Virus record (IMG/VR): IMGVR_UViG_3300044568_003163
Coordinates: 124,001-188,000 of that record
Strand: one strand, 5' to 3'
DNA length: 64,000 bases
Part shown: positions 1 to 8,942 of the stretch, in pieces
Position numbering within the stretch: position 1 is the stretch's first letter
Layout of the letters: each line of letters opens with the position of its first letter
Notes under the pieces: model-generated
The model's input: the letters and a program-made list of their open reading frames with translations, nothing else
Databases searched by the model: none
What the model was told of the DNA's origin: nothing
Translations under genes and position numbers: made by a program

Positions 1-183
1 TGACGTATACCAATTTTTGTCGTATAAACCTTTTGGCCATTCTTTTGATTCGATTACAACACCTTGAAATTCTTTACTCGAGTAGTTGCAGGTAGTTTCA
101 GTACACATAATTATAGTGTTACCTGATTTGTTTGTGTATAATTCTCCTTTTAGGAAAACTTTTCTTTCTATAAAATCTTCCAT
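1..183 (-). CDS. hypothetical protein (runs off window edge)
   Basis: ATG at 183, open frame MEDFIERKVF... to the edge. Confidence 0.6.
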   Translation of the reverse strand, partial: MEDFIERKVFLKGELYTNKSGNTIIMCTETTCNYSSKEFQGVVIESKEWPKGLYDKNWYTS

Positions 184-186
184 ATC

Positions 187-762
187 TTATTGGTTTTCGT
201 CATAATATCCGTAATCTACTCCTGTGCAATCGACGCATCTATCGCATTGTTCTAAACATTGTTCGTCATAATCTACCTTATCGCCGCAATAGAAGTTTCT
301 TTTGCGTTTGCTGTTTTCTAGCTTTTCAGTTTCATATTTAGTTAAAATCCATCTAACATTCGTTTCCGTATCTTTGCCTTCTAGGCCAGCTTCAACGATA
401 TTGTATTGGTTGTAGCCGGCATTATAAGCTCTTCGCATTAACTCTAAAATATCTACATTGGTTAGGCTGAAAGTTTTTTGTGCTAATTTATAACCATCAA
501 TAAATGATAGTTCATCTCCATATTGATTTCTTTCAACCGATGATAGTAAATAATTTTCAGCAAGTTTATCAAGTGTTTCTTGTTTAGGTTCTTCTAATGT
601 AATTTCCTTCAATGATTGTAATTCTATAATACTTCGATTTCCAAAACCTATTTGTTTTAATTTTCGAGGTTCTATGTTAATAGCCTCTTCGAAAGTTATA
701 TTAAATTGTTTAAAGGAATTTTCTAACCTTGCCGATATTTCTTGTTCGTTGTTATTTGTCAT
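187..762 (-). CDS. hypothetical protein, Cys-rich C-terminus
   Basis: ORF in tightly packed run; FIDGYKLAQ motif shared with 12880..13170. Confidence 0.75.
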   Translation of the reverse strand: MTNNNEQEISARLENSFKQFNITFEEAINIEPRKLKQIGFGNRSIIELQSLKEITLEEPKQETLDKLAENYLLSSVERNQYGDELSFIDGYKLAQKTFSLTNVDILELMRRAYNAGYNQYNIVEAGLEGKDTETNVRWILTKYETEKLENSKRKRNFYCGDKVDYDEQCLEQCDRCVDCTGVDYGYYDENQ

Positions 763-1174
763 CTTCTATATCTTTAGGTCCACATTCACATGTTGTAGTG
801 TGTCCACAATAGCATTTTATTTCGATTGTATCTTCGATGCAAGTACATGACTCTAATGCTGTATTGCAATCATTACATACTTTTGGCAGCCATTTGATGT
901 TGGCAAGTATTTCTCTAGCTCTATCATTACTCTTTTTGAATAGCTCTTGACCTTTAAATTTGTCGATGAATTCTTTAAGTTTAGCCTTCTTGTCGTCGTT
1001 AAAGACTTCTTCGTGAGTAATTTCCCTTTTAGAAACTTTCGATTCTTCTTCATCTACTTCCGTGATAGATGAGATTTTGAAATTGTATCTTTTTATCCAA
1101 CTAGCTAATTCACTAGATTCCATTGTTGATACTGAACTACCAAATTCGGTAAAATATCTGACTGCTACTTTCAT
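752..1174 (-). CDS. hypothetical protein, Cys-rich C-terminus
   Basis: ORF packing; CxxC/CxC clusters. Confidence 0.7.
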   Translation of the reverse strand: MKVAVRYFTEFGSSVSTMESSELASWIKRYNFKISSITEVDEEESKVSKREITHEEVFNDDKKAKLKEFIDKFKGQELFKKSNDRAREILANIKWLPKVCNDCNTALESCTCIEDTIEIKCYCGHTTTCECGPKDIEDDK

Positions 1175-1262
1175 ATTAATTTATTATGACATTATGACAT
1201 ACATTACTATTTCTACAAATATTATAAATAAGGCAAACATACAGATTGCAAATTTATCGTCA

Positions 1263-1802
1263 CTACTCAACCGTTTCACTTGTTCTGCGTTTTGGTTGAT
1301 GCTTAGCTAAACGCATTTCAATTTTGTTGACTAACTTTAGATTTTTGTACATTTCTATATTGTCAAGGTATTTTTGATGTCCGGCTTTTGCCACTTTAAT
1401 TAAATCCGATTCTTCAGCATCGGTAAGTTCATAAACTAAATCACCACATTGAATTTTTGTTACAAAATTCCATTCTCGTTCACATAATACAATATTCGGA
1501 CGAAGAAACCTTTTCTTAAAGATTGTTTCCTTTTCGTTAATATTTGTGCTAGTGTATACTCGAATGTCAGGTTCACCATCAGGAAATTTCAAACTAAAAG
1601 AAAGAATGTCTCGTTCAAAATATTCTCTTTTAGGGTAAGCACCATTATCTACTGCAATGTCAGTTAACCATTTAGTGCAATAATTACCTTTCCATGTCGG
1701 ATCACATCCACCAACAATACTATTGATGGTGTCTTTAAATACTGACTTGTCGGTCATACCCTCAATTTCGAGATGAATTAGTCTTAGTAGTTTTTCTTTC
1801 AT
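1263..1802 (-). CDS. hypothetical protein
   Basis: ORF packing. Confidence 0.75.
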   Translation of the reverse strand: MKEKLLRLIHLEIEGMTDKSVFKDTINSIVGGCDPTWKGNYCTKWLTDIAVDNGAYPKREYFERDILSFSLKFPDGEPDIRVYTSTNINEKETIFKKRFLRPNIVLCEREWNFVTKIQCGDLVYELTDAEESDLIKVAKAGHQKYLDNIEMYKNLKLVNKIEMRLAKHQPKRRTSETVE

Positions 1803-1804
1803 GA

Positions 1805-2149
1805 TTACTTGTTTCTTGATTTTAATAATTCAACTGCTATTTCGATACCATCTAACTTAGCTTCGTAATAACCTATGGCATTGTCGTCTGTAGTTTCCTC
1901 TTCTCCTTCTTGTAAATAAGAATATACATCGGCAATAAAGGTAGGTTGACCTTCTAATGTGTGACCTTCATATGTTACTTGAACAATAATATCATGTTCA
2001 ACTCGCAACCAATCAATGACATTACTCATTTCGATTCGTTTATCGTAGTGGTCTATTTCAAGTTCATCAAAAGTATTAGGGGTGATATATTCATTTACGA
2101 AGATATAACCTAACTCTTCGAGTTCAGTAAATAAGTTTGGATTAGTCAT
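1805..2149 (-). CDS. hypothetical protein, paralog of 4352..4735
   Basis: shared WLRxxHxI motif. Confidence 0.75.
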   Translation of the reverse strand: MTNPNLFTELEELGYIFVNEYITPNTFDELEIDHYDKRIEMSNVIDWLRVEHDIIVQVTYEGHTLEGQPTFIADVYSYLQEGEEETTDDNAIGYYEAKLDGIEIAVELLKSRNK

Positions 2150-2411
2150 GTAGAATTATTTCTTTAGTTGGTTTAACGTATTTTCTGGATTTTTCAATTG
2201 CAATATAATTTTCGGCTTCTTTAAGAGTATAAAATAGAACCTTTGTTAAATAACCACCACTATAAGTCGCTACATGTCGATAACAATATTTCCAATATGT
2301 TATTCCAAGAAAGCTTTTTCGTTCCTTTATATTGTAGAAAACCTGATTAGGATTACCAAACGAGTTATACTCTTGAACTTTGATTATTTTATATTTAGTA
2401 GCCTTTGCCAT
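2142..2411 (-). CDS. hypothetical protein
   Basis: ORF directly downstream of class II promoter. Confidence 0.7.
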   Translation of the reverse strand: MAKATKYKIIKVQEYNSFGNPNQVFYNIKERKSFLGITYWKYCYRHVATYSGGYLTKVLFYTLKEAENYIAIEKSRKYVKPTKEIILHD

Positions 2412-2428
2412 AATTTTATCATTTTAAG

Positions 2429-2456
2429 TTATATGCTGAATTTTTGACTTAGTTTT
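2429..2456 (-). promoter_or_regulatory. class II promoter AAAACT-N15-CATATAA
   Basis: repeated bipartite motif with fixed spacer, upstream of an ATG. Confidence 0.6.
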
Positions 2457-2512
2457 CTAGCGAGGACACCTAGAAGAAATCCCATAGATTCTTCCAGGTC
2501 CACCAGGTGTTG

Positions 2513-2962
2513 TTAATACAAAATTTCAGATAATAATTTCGATTGAGTAATTGCAACAATTGCAAGTAAAAATCCAATCAAAATTTGAGTGATTATCATA
2601 ATGTTAAATCCAACGTATTGATTAACTTTATGATACCAAGTACCTTTGCCGACAATTCGATATTGATGGTCTTTGACATTGATTTGTATCATATTACTTT
2701 TGTAAGTTTCGTCAACTTTTACTAAAGCACTAATACCATCGGTTTGAAGAACTAAGCCGTTATTGACATATTGATTTGATTCCGAACCTATATTTTCATA
2801 CATCCGGTCAGGTAAAGAAATGTAATCGTATGCTACAATTTTTTGATTTGGTGAAATATTATCAACAAATTTTGGCTCGCTTGAATAAAATATAAAAATA
2901 ATAAATGTTAGCATACTTAGCATAAGAGCAAGTAATGCAAATGCAGATTGTTTCTTTGTCAT
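2513..2962 (-). CDS. membrane protein (2 TM); start reassigned to MTKKQ
   Basis: two hydrophobic segments; upstream extension overlaps 2967..3197. Confidence 0.7.
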   Translation of the reverse strand: MTKKQSAFALLALMLSMLTFIIFIFYSSEPKFVDNISPNQKIVAYDYISLPDRMYENIGSESNQYVNNGLVLQTDGISALVKVDETYKSNMIQINVKDHQYRIVGKGTWYHKVNQYVGFNIMIITQILIGFLLAIVAITQSKLLSEILY

Positions 2963-2966
2963 AATG

Positions 2967-3197
2967 TTAGTGTGAAATGGTTGGTATTCCGTGATTGTTA
3001 CAGATATTTTGAATTGTTTCTTGATTGAAATATGAAGGAACTCCTTGTCCTTCACTGCCTGGAGTCCAAGCAAAAATATTGTCATCTTCTTGTACAAAGA
3101 ATCCTCTCTGTCCTGCCCATGTATATCGAGTTTTTTCGTAAATTTCGATTGTTCCAGGAAAAGCTTTAATTTGCATAATTGCGTTTTGCATATTCAT
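2967..3197 (-). CDS. hypothetical protein
   Basis: ORF packing. Confidence 0.7.
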   Translation of the reverse strand: MNMQNAIMQIKAFPGTIEIYEKTRYTWAGQRGFFVQEDDNIFAWTPGSEGQGVPSYFNQETIQNICNNHGIPTISH

Positions 3198-3204
3198 ATT
3201 TGTA

Positions 3205-3645
3205 TTAGTTTTTAAATGAATTACATATTGGTCCTAATCCGGTTTCGATACTATGTGCATCGGTTAATTCTCTTCCACATTTTAAGCACTTACCGGTATG
3301 AAATACTTCAGCTTGTTCGTTTAATCGATGAGTATTACCACTTTCTATTTGTCTAAGTAACCAAGAGATTCCTTTTGCAGTATCAGATTCTACAATTGAA
3401 CCGGACTTAATAACATTACCGTCTTTATAATATCCTAAATGTTTAAATTTCAAATATTGAGTTTCTACATATACATGAGTAAACCACCTGTCATTAAATT
3501 CTGAACGAGATATTCGATATGTAAAATCTTTATTGGTTTTTTTACCTCTCAATGTAAAGTTACCACCTTTATTTTTCTTTTCGCTTGTTATAACCGAGAT
3601 TAAAGATTCAGGTTTGATAAATCCAATTTGTGTATTCATAATCAT
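3205..3645 (-). CDS. DUF6011-type Zn-finger protein
   Basis: C-terminal CLKCGRELTDAHSIETGLGPIC. Confidence 0.7.
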   Translation of the reverse strand: MIMNTQIGFIKPESLISVITSEKKNKGGNFTLRGKKTNKDFTYRISRSEFNDRWFTHVYVETQYLKFKHLGYYKDGNVIKSGSIVESDTAKGISWLLRQIESGNTHRLNEQAEVFHTGKCLKCGRELTDAHSIETGLGPICNSFKN

Positions 3646-3721
3646 ATTAGTTTAATTTGATATACAAATATAAGCAAAAAACTCGACATTAAAAAATGTC
3701 GAGTCATAAAGTTATTAACAA
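3646..3721 (-). promoter_or_regulatory. class I (host-type) promoter with TTGTTAATAACTTT box and embedded terminator hairpin
   Basis: TATATTTG (Bacteroidota -7 TAnnTTTG); near-identical copies at 13561 and 31771. Confidence 0.8.
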
Positions 3722-3727
3722 TTGTTA

Positions 3728-4042
3728 TTACTTAATATGTACCTTTTCGATAGTACCATTGTCCCAATTAGAAAACGTAGGCAATCCAACTGCTATTTTA
3801 ATGGCCTTTTCTAAGGAGCAGTTAATTGTAGCTAACGCTTGTTTTTTGTTGTCTACCTCGATACTGATTTGCCAATTGCCGGTTTCAGTTAATTTATGAT
3901 TGCTCATCAATTCAACACCTACTGGAGTTGCTAAAAATTCTTGAACTTGGTCATCAATAGTCATTTGACTAACCTCGTATTTTTGTCTTTCTAACCTATC
4001 AATGTTAGCTTGAATCTCGTTAATTTTATCTTCTTTTCTCAT
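3728..4042 (-). CDS. hypothetical protein
   Basis: ORF packing. Confidence 0.7.
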   Translation of the reverse strand: MRKEDKINEIQANIDRLERQKYEVSQMTIDDQVQEFLATPVGVELMSNHKLTETGNWQISIEVDNKKQALATINCSLEKAIKIAVGLPTFSNWDNGTIEKVHIK

Positions 4043-4350
4043 TCGTTATGGTTGTTTAAGTGGTATGTTGCACATTTTATTGCTATCAAAAAATTTATTA
4101 CTAAGTGCCATCTCCAAGCAGGAGCAGTCATCAATTCACCAGAATAAAACCACATATCCAATATGTCAAATAAAGGTCGAGTTAATTCAATGCCTAAGAG
4201 CACATTGAATATTACCCATAAAATAGTAGCACCGATAATAAAAATATTGTAAAGTAAAAATAGACCGAGATGCAATTCCCATTCATATTCCTTTAAAAAC
4301 TTCCAATGGCCTATAATAGGATCTAGTACTCCGGTTAAAAGATTTTTCAT
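4039..4350 (-). CDS. membrane protein
   Basis: hydrophobic segments. Confidence 0.7.
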   Translation of the reverse strand: MKNLLTGVLDPIIGHWKFLKEYEWELHLGLFLLYNIFIIGATILWVIFNVLLGIELTRPLFDILDMWFYSGELMTAPAWRWHLVINFLIAIKCATYHLNNHNE

Positions 4351-4351
4351 A

Positions 4352-4735
4352 TTATTTGATAATTTTTATTGCTTCTACTAATCCAAAATTAACTACCGAC
4401 TCATAATTTTGGTCAATAATCCATCCTGGAAGTAATTTTATTCCCATTTTTGTGTCATAGATATCGAAAAAATAACCTTCAATATCTCTTGCTTTGTCAA
4501 CCGTCAGATGCATCTGGTGGACATCTCGTAACCACCTGGTCATCGTTGTCTGTGTGACACAAGATATTCTAACGGAACCAAATTGAAACTCGTCGTTAAA
4601 GTTTTCTTTTTTCTCTTTGTCTTTACTTACATAACGTTGACCATTTTGCTTAGCGTAAAATGCGTTTGTTGGTAAATCAAATCCTTTACTTTTCGCTAAT
4701 GTAGCTACTTCAAAAGAAACCGGTTCGTCTTCCAT
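4352..4735 (-). CDS. hypothetical protein, paralog of 1805..2149
   Basis: VSFEVAxLxKxKGF and WLRDVH motifs. Confidence 0.75.
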   Translation of the reverse strand: MEDEPVSFEVATLAKSKGFDLPTNAFYAKQNGQRYVSKDKEKKENFNDEFQFGSVRISCVTQTTMTRWLRDVHQMHLTVDKARDIEGYFFDIYDTKMGIKLLPGWIIDQNYESVVNFGLVEAIKIIK

Positions 4736-4942
4736 CTATTCTTTATCCTTTTCTATTAAATGACTACCTAACCAATACTCGTCTTTAAATTTGATATGTT
4801 TGAATGGTAATTTAATTTCACCGGTTTCTTCGTCAAATTTAACTTCTTCTGATTTTCTTAATAGATTCCATTTTATCCACTTTTTGATAATGATAAATGA
4901 AATTATGAGACCTATTATTGCAACAATTGTAAATGTTATCAT
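4736..4942 (-). CDS. small membrane-anchored protein
   Basis: N-terminal TM. Confidence 0.65.
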   Translation of the reverse strand: MITFTIVAIIGLIISFIIIKKWIKWNLLRKSEEVKFDEETGEIKLPFKHIKFKDEYWLGSHLIEKDKE

Positions 4943-4952
4943 AATTTAAAAT

Positions 4953-5204
4953 TTAAGGCATTACCCAATAATACTTACCTTTATGTAAGCATACTGGTAT
5001 GTTTGTTAGTGGTTGTTCAATTGGTACTCTATAAATAATTACTAAACCTTTGTCTGTTAGGATGGTAACTTTTCTAGTATGCTGATATGTAGGAACTGCA
5101 TAAATTACTTCGCCATCTAATCTGATAGATTTTTTGCAGATATTCTTCGGACCTGAACAAGCTGATAACATTATGCAAAATAAGAGAACAGTTAGCCTTT
5201 TCAT
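4953..5204 (-). CDS. putative lipoprotein
   Basis: signal peptide with lipobox LSAC. Confidence 0.65.
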   Translation of the reverse strand: MKRLTVLLFCIMLSACSGPKNICKKSIRLDGEVIYAVPTYQHTRKVTILTDKGLVIIYRVPIEQPLTNIPVCLHKGKYYWVMP

Positions 5205-5229
5205 TATTTTATATTTTAATGTTATATGC

Positions 5230-5487
5230 CTATTCTTCCTCTTTGATTAATATAAGTGCTGTTTGATATTTGTATTCCCAAGCACCATTCATTCCTTTAA
5301 CAATTTCAAATTCTACTTCATCGCCTATTTTTAGGCCTCGAGTAGAATTAGGATCGATCGGTAATTGTTTTGTTATTGTATGAACATCATACACAATGCC
5401 ATTCATGTCCTTTACTGATCTAAAAAACTCAGCATATTCAACAACCATACCGAGTTCTTCGTGCTTTACTATTTTTCCTTTATCCAT
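5230..5487 (-). CDS. hypothetical protein
   Basis: ORF packing. Confidence 0.7.
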   Translation of the reverse strand: MDKGKIVKHEELGMVVEYAEFFRSVKDMNGIVYDVHTITKQLPIDPNSTRGLKIGDEVEFEIVKGMNGAWEYKYQTALILIKEEE

Positions 5488-5957
5488 TAGTATTTACATT
5501 TTTGCATTCTTGAGGCAATTCTCTTACCCATTGGAGTGCTCATTAATTCAACTTTAGGAACAATTCCTACTCTTATAAGTTCGATTCGGTCGGCATCAAA
5601 ACATGCACCAATCGTTATATCTTCACTAATACCGCCTTTAGCATGTAACAAACAGGCAGTATATAATTTTACAAATTGGACAACGGTTAAAAAATCTAAC
5701 AAACCTTCTGCTCTAAGTTGGTTTACGTATTCTGCTGATCGGTCACCATGCTCATAATCTCCATTGTCTTCCACTCTTTTGCAGTCATGCAAATAAGCAA
5801 AAAGATGAACAACTACAGGATCTACACCTTCTTGTAAGGCTAGCATTTCACCGTTCAAATCTACTTCTTTCCAATGGCGTAATCCATGACATGAATTTTC
5901 ATCCATTACAAATTGAGCCTTTGCTAGCTCAATGATATGTTCTATTTTATCGTTCAT
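5487..5957 (-). CDS. HD-domain phosphohydrolase
   Basis: HGLRHW...YLHD...HG...DADR. Confidence 0.85.
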   Translation of the reverse strand: MNDKIEHIIELAKAQFVMDENSCHGLRHWKEVDLNGEMLALQEGVDPVVVHLFAYLHDCKRVEDNGDYEHGDRSAEYVNQLRAEGLLDFLTVVQFVKLYTACLLHAKGGISEDITIGACFDADRIELIRVGIVPKVELMSTPMGKRIASRMQKCKY

Positions 5958-6259
5958 AGGTTTTCGAATTTAAGCATACACACTTGTATAGTAACAAATC
6001 CTGTTCCTATAAGTCGATGAGGTTGTTCTATGATATTATTGTCTAATAGGAATTCTAACACGCCTTCATTTTCTGACCAGTTTTTAATTGCAATTTCGTT
6101 TTCAGCTAAACTCGGATGGTCGACTGATGCTGTTGCAAATGGAAATCCATCGGCACAATCAATCAATTGCATTCGATTATTGCCTGAAGCATATTTACTC
6201 ATCTGAATTTGCAATGTGTATTGCTGATTTCCATAAAGGGATCTAAATTGGTAGTTCAT
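5954..6259 (-). CDS. conserved phage protein (possibly DUF4313-like)
   Basis: PFATASV...IKNWSENEG motif. Confidence 0.6.
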   Translation of the reverse strand: MNYQFRSLYGNQQYTLQIQMSKYASGNNRMQLIDCADGFPFATASVDHPSLAENEIAIKNWSENEGVLEFLLDNNIIEQPHRLIGTGFVTIQVCMLKFENL

Positions 6260-6263
6260 ATCT

Positions 6264-6452
6264 TTATTTTTTCATTTTTTCTTTATACCAATCTAATTCT
6301 AGACACTTAGGACATAGATTACGTTGGTAGAGTCCGTTCTTTGGATTGCCAGTATTAACTAACAAATCTGTGATAGTGATTTCTGTTTCTTGGAAATCTT
6401 CATAACATGAACCACACATTATGATTTTAATTTTCTTAGCTCGTTTTGCCAT
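6264..6452 (-). CDS. small Zn-ribbon protein
   Basis: CGSC...CPKC; ATG at 6452 preferred over TTG. Confidence 0.6.
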   Translation of the reverse strand: MAKRAKKIKIIMCGSCYEDFQETEITITDLLVNTGNPKNGLYQRNLCPKCLELDWYKEKMKK

Positions 6453-6453
6453 C

Positions 6454-6633
6454 TTAGTTAGATTCAAATTTTTCTAATACAAAACAAAATTTACCTTCTA
6501 TTTTAGAAGTAAATGAAGAACTAGTAGAGATTGCAACATGTTGTGCAGTTACAGATTTAAGATCCCAACCTGCTCGGATTAGCTCGTTGATTTTGAATTC
6601 GTCATCGGTAATAACAATTTTTTGTAGTGTCAT
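6454..6633 (-). CDS. 59-aa hypothetical protein (not in ORF track)
   Basis: MTLQKIVITDDEFK...LEKFESN fills the gap. Confidence 0.65.
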   Translation of the reverse strand: MTLQKIVITDDEFKINELIRAGWDLKSVTAQHVAISTSSSFTSKIEGKFCFVLEKFESN

Positions 6634-6640
6634 AATTAGA

Positions 6641-6763
6641 TTATTTATCGTATGAATATTTTGGTTTATGTTTGTCCTTTCGATTATAGGTTTTCTTACT
6701 CTTTTGAACTGAGCTACGAGAAGCAGACCATATTTCTTGAATTGTAAATTGAACGGTTTTCAT
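6641..6763 (-). CDS. 40-aa basic peptide, ArfA-like motif (not in ORF track)
   Basis: MKTVQFTIQEIWSASRSSVQKSKKTYNRKDKHKPKYSYDK; first ORF after a class I promoter. Confidence 0.6.
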   Translation of the reverse strand: MKTVQFTIQEIWSASRSSVQKSKKTYNRKDKHKPKYSYDK

Positions 6764-6769
6764 AATGTT

Positions 6770-6839
6770 TTTAATTATAGAGTAAAACTAATCAATTTAG
6801 GTGACATATGGAAATAAAATGTGATAAAGTTGTTAACAA
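6770..6839 (-). promoter_or_regulatory. class I promoter variant (TAGTTTTA) with TTGTTAACAACTTT box
   Basis: same box spacing as other copies. Confidence 0.7.
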
Positions 6840-6847
6840 TTAACTAT

Positions 6848-6877
6848 AAAAAAAGCTCGACCAATAAGTCGAGCTTT
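6848..6877 (-). terminator. intrinsic terminator
   Basis: GCTCGAC/GTCGAGC stem plus T run, after the beta-barrel gene. Confidence 0.85.
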
Positions 6878-6899
6878 GTATATCTTTATGTATAGTTTA

Positions 6900-7448
6900 T
6901 TAGAAACGGTAGTTCAAACCGAATGTAGGAGTAGTGAACGGATTTGTTACACCATTGAAACCTACAGTTGTTGTATTTACGGCTGAAGCATTACCTGCTT
7001 TTACTGAAGCATATGAGGCAAGATTAGCTACTTGAAGAGTTAAAGATAGATTTTTAGTTACAAAATAATTAGCACCTAAACCTAGATTAGCATTTAACGA
7101 TTTAGTATCTGCAGCTTTGTCATCATTTGAAGTAATAGATAATTGTGAAAATGTTTTGAAGTGCTCACCAATATTTAAGAAATAACATCTGCCAAATGCA
7201 CCTACTCCAAAGGAATCAGAGGTTGTTACACCTGCAGTTTTTGTGCTTTGTGTGTTAATTGTTACACCTGCAGCAAATTTATCAGTTAAGAAATATCCTA
7301 CTGATGGATTGAAATTGAAAGTTTTAACATCATCAGATGTTACGAAATTTACGGTACCTTCTACAAAAGTATCGCCTTTAGAAAATGTTTGAGCATTGCT
7401 CGTGGCAAATGCAAAGAATGCAATTGCAATTAAAAGAAATTTTTTCAT
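6900..7448 (-). CDS. outer-membrane beta-barrel protein (Bacteroidota type)
   Basis: signal peptide, amphipathic strands (FNPSVGYF, GLGANYF), C-terminal YRF. Confidence 0.85.
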   Translation of the reverse strand: MKKFLLIAIAFFAFATSNAQTFSKGDTFVEGTVNFVTSDDVKTFNFNPSVGYFLTDKFAAGVTINTQSTKTAGVTTSDSFGVGAFGRCYFLNIGEHFKTFSQLSITSNDDKAADTKSLNANLGLGANYFVTKNLSLTLQVANLASYASVKAGNASAVNTTTVGFNGVTNPFTTPTFGLNYRF

Positions 7449-7507
7449 TTTTGTTTATTTTAAATTTAAGTCCTACTCTATTGACAGTTTTCGGTTCCCT
7501 GTTTAAT

Positions 7508-7535
7508 TTATATGATTGGTTTTTAACCGAGTTTC
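7508..7535 (-). promoter_or_regulatory. class II promoter GAAACT-N15-CATATAA
   Basis: repeated motif, upstream of the beta-barrel gene. Confidence 0.7.
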
Positions 7536-7536
7536 A

Positions 7537-7959
7537 CTATTTAGTTAAGTAAAGATACCCTAAAAGTACAATAGCAACGGCAATAACAAATAAGATAATT
7601 CTACCTTTGTCATTTTCTTCTTTAGATTTCTTTATGTACGTATCGATCGGATCAACTTCCCAATACTCTTTAGTTGCAGGTTTGTCAATTTCTGTTTGTA
7701 CAACTTCTGCTTCCATTTTAGAAACTTGAGTTGCATCAACTTCAATTGTTTTGTAATCAACACCGGTAATAGGAGATTCAGTCATAACTGTTCTTGATTC
7801 TTTTTTAGCCTGAGGTTTTGCTTGAATTTTAGCCTTAGGTTGTGTTGGAGTTTTAGCCTGAGAATCTATAGGAAATTCTGTTTTAGGCTTTGCCTTAGGC
7901 TTTGGTTTTGATTTCGATTTAGCCTTTTTAATAGGCAGGTTTTCTTGTTCTTGATTCAT
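7537..7959 (-). CDS. Lys/Pro-rich protein with C-terminal TM anchor
   Basis: KPKPKAKPK low complexity; C-terminal hydrophobic helix. Confidence 0.7.
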   Translation of the reverse strand: MNQEQENLPIKKAKSKSKPKPKAKPKTEFPIDSQAKTPTQPKAKIQAKPQAKKESRTVMTESPITGVDYKTIEVDATQVSKMEAEVVQTEIDKPATKEYWEVDPIDTYIKKSKEENDKGRIILFVIAVAIVLLGYLYLTK

Positions 7960-7969
7960 AATTTTTGTT

Positions 7970-8137
7970 TTAAAATGGTAGTTCTTCTACCTTTGGTTGT
8001 TCAACATTAGGGATTTGTTTGTACCCTTTTTTCTTAAATCTGATTAATAATTTATCAAAATGTTTTTGGTCAGTACATTGTATTGTAACTCCACCTGCAT
8101 TTTTATGTTGCATACTGAGTATTAATGGATTTTCCAT
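7970..8137 (-). CDS. 55-aa protein ending EELPF (not in ORF track)
   Basis: MENPLILSMQHK...KVEELPF; first ORF after a class I promoter. Confidence 0.65.
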   Translation of the reverse strand: MENPLILSMQHKNAGGVTIQCTDQKHFDKLLIRFKKKGYKQIPNVEQPKVEELPF

Positions 8138-8140
8138 AAT

Positions 8141-8214
8141 TGATTAATTTTATAAGACAAATATAATCAAAATTCCGGTCACCTAGAAATTTTTTATCAA
8201 TAAGTTATTAACAA
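8141..8214 (-). promoter_or_regulatory. class I promoter
   Basis: TATATTTG plus TTGTTAATAACTT box. Confidence 0.75.
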
Positions 8215-8925
8215 TTAAATTGTAGCAAATGTCATTGACTTAAATTTTTCTTTATTGTAAATGATGTAAGAATTATTTTCTATCCAATCTCCACAATTCA
8301 AATAATGAATTTCATCTATGATTTTATTTTCCGGTTTGTGAATATGTCCGCAGATAACACCTTTACAATCTCGCTTCTTAGCTTGATAAACTAATTGAGA
8401 TTCGAAAGCTGTAATAAATTTGACTGCACTTTTTACTGAGTCTTTTGCCCATTTTGATATTGATCGCTTATAACCTAATTTCTTTAATAGCCTATCGGTA
8501 GTTATTGCAATTTCATATCCTGTAGAACCTAGATGAGCAAGCCACTTCATATTCATTACTCCATCATAAAGGTCACCATGTGTAATATAATACTCGTTCC
8601 AAATAAATTCATCAACTATTTGAATATTTCCTATAAACTCGCTAGGTGAATATTCTCTGAGAAATTCATCATGATTACCGGTTACGTAAATAACTTCGGT
8701 TCCTTTCTTAGACATTGAAAGAATTTTTCGGATAACGTTAGTATAGTCTTGAGTCCAATAATGTCTTTTCTTTAACAACCAACCGTCAATAAAATCACCA
8801 ACAATAAAAAGTTTCTTAGGTTGGTATTTTTTAAGGGTTTGTAGAAGTTTTTCTGCATTACATCCTTTACTTCCTAAATGAACATCAGATATAAATAAAG
8901 CTTCTACTTTTATAATTTTACTCAT
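8215..8925 (-). CDS. metallophosphoesterase, LpxH/YbbF-like (UDP-2,3-diacylglucosamine hydrolase-like)
   Basis: SDVHLG, GDFID, GNHD, HGD, GHIH, NCGDW motifs. Confidence 0.85.
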   Translation of the reverse strand: MSKIIKVEALFISDVHLGSKGCNAEKLLQTLKKYQPKKLFIVGDFIDGWLLKKRHYWTQDYTNVIRKILSMSKKGTEVIYVTGNHDEFLREYSPSEFIGNIQIVDEFIWNEYYITHGDLYDGVMNMKWLAHLGSTGYEIAITTDRLLKKLGYKRSISKWAKDSVKSAVKFITAFESQLVYQAKKRDCKGVICGHIHKPENKIIDEIHYLNCGDWIENNSYIIYNKEKFKSMTFATI

Positions 8926-8942
8926 ATTTTAGTATGTAGCTA

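Noticed and set aside
1183-1206. ATTATGAC short tandem duplication
   Set aside because: Two copies only, with no functional context
2462-2510. GC-richer imperfect inverted repeat
   Set aside because: No clear U tract or second copy; may be a weak terminator but is unsupported
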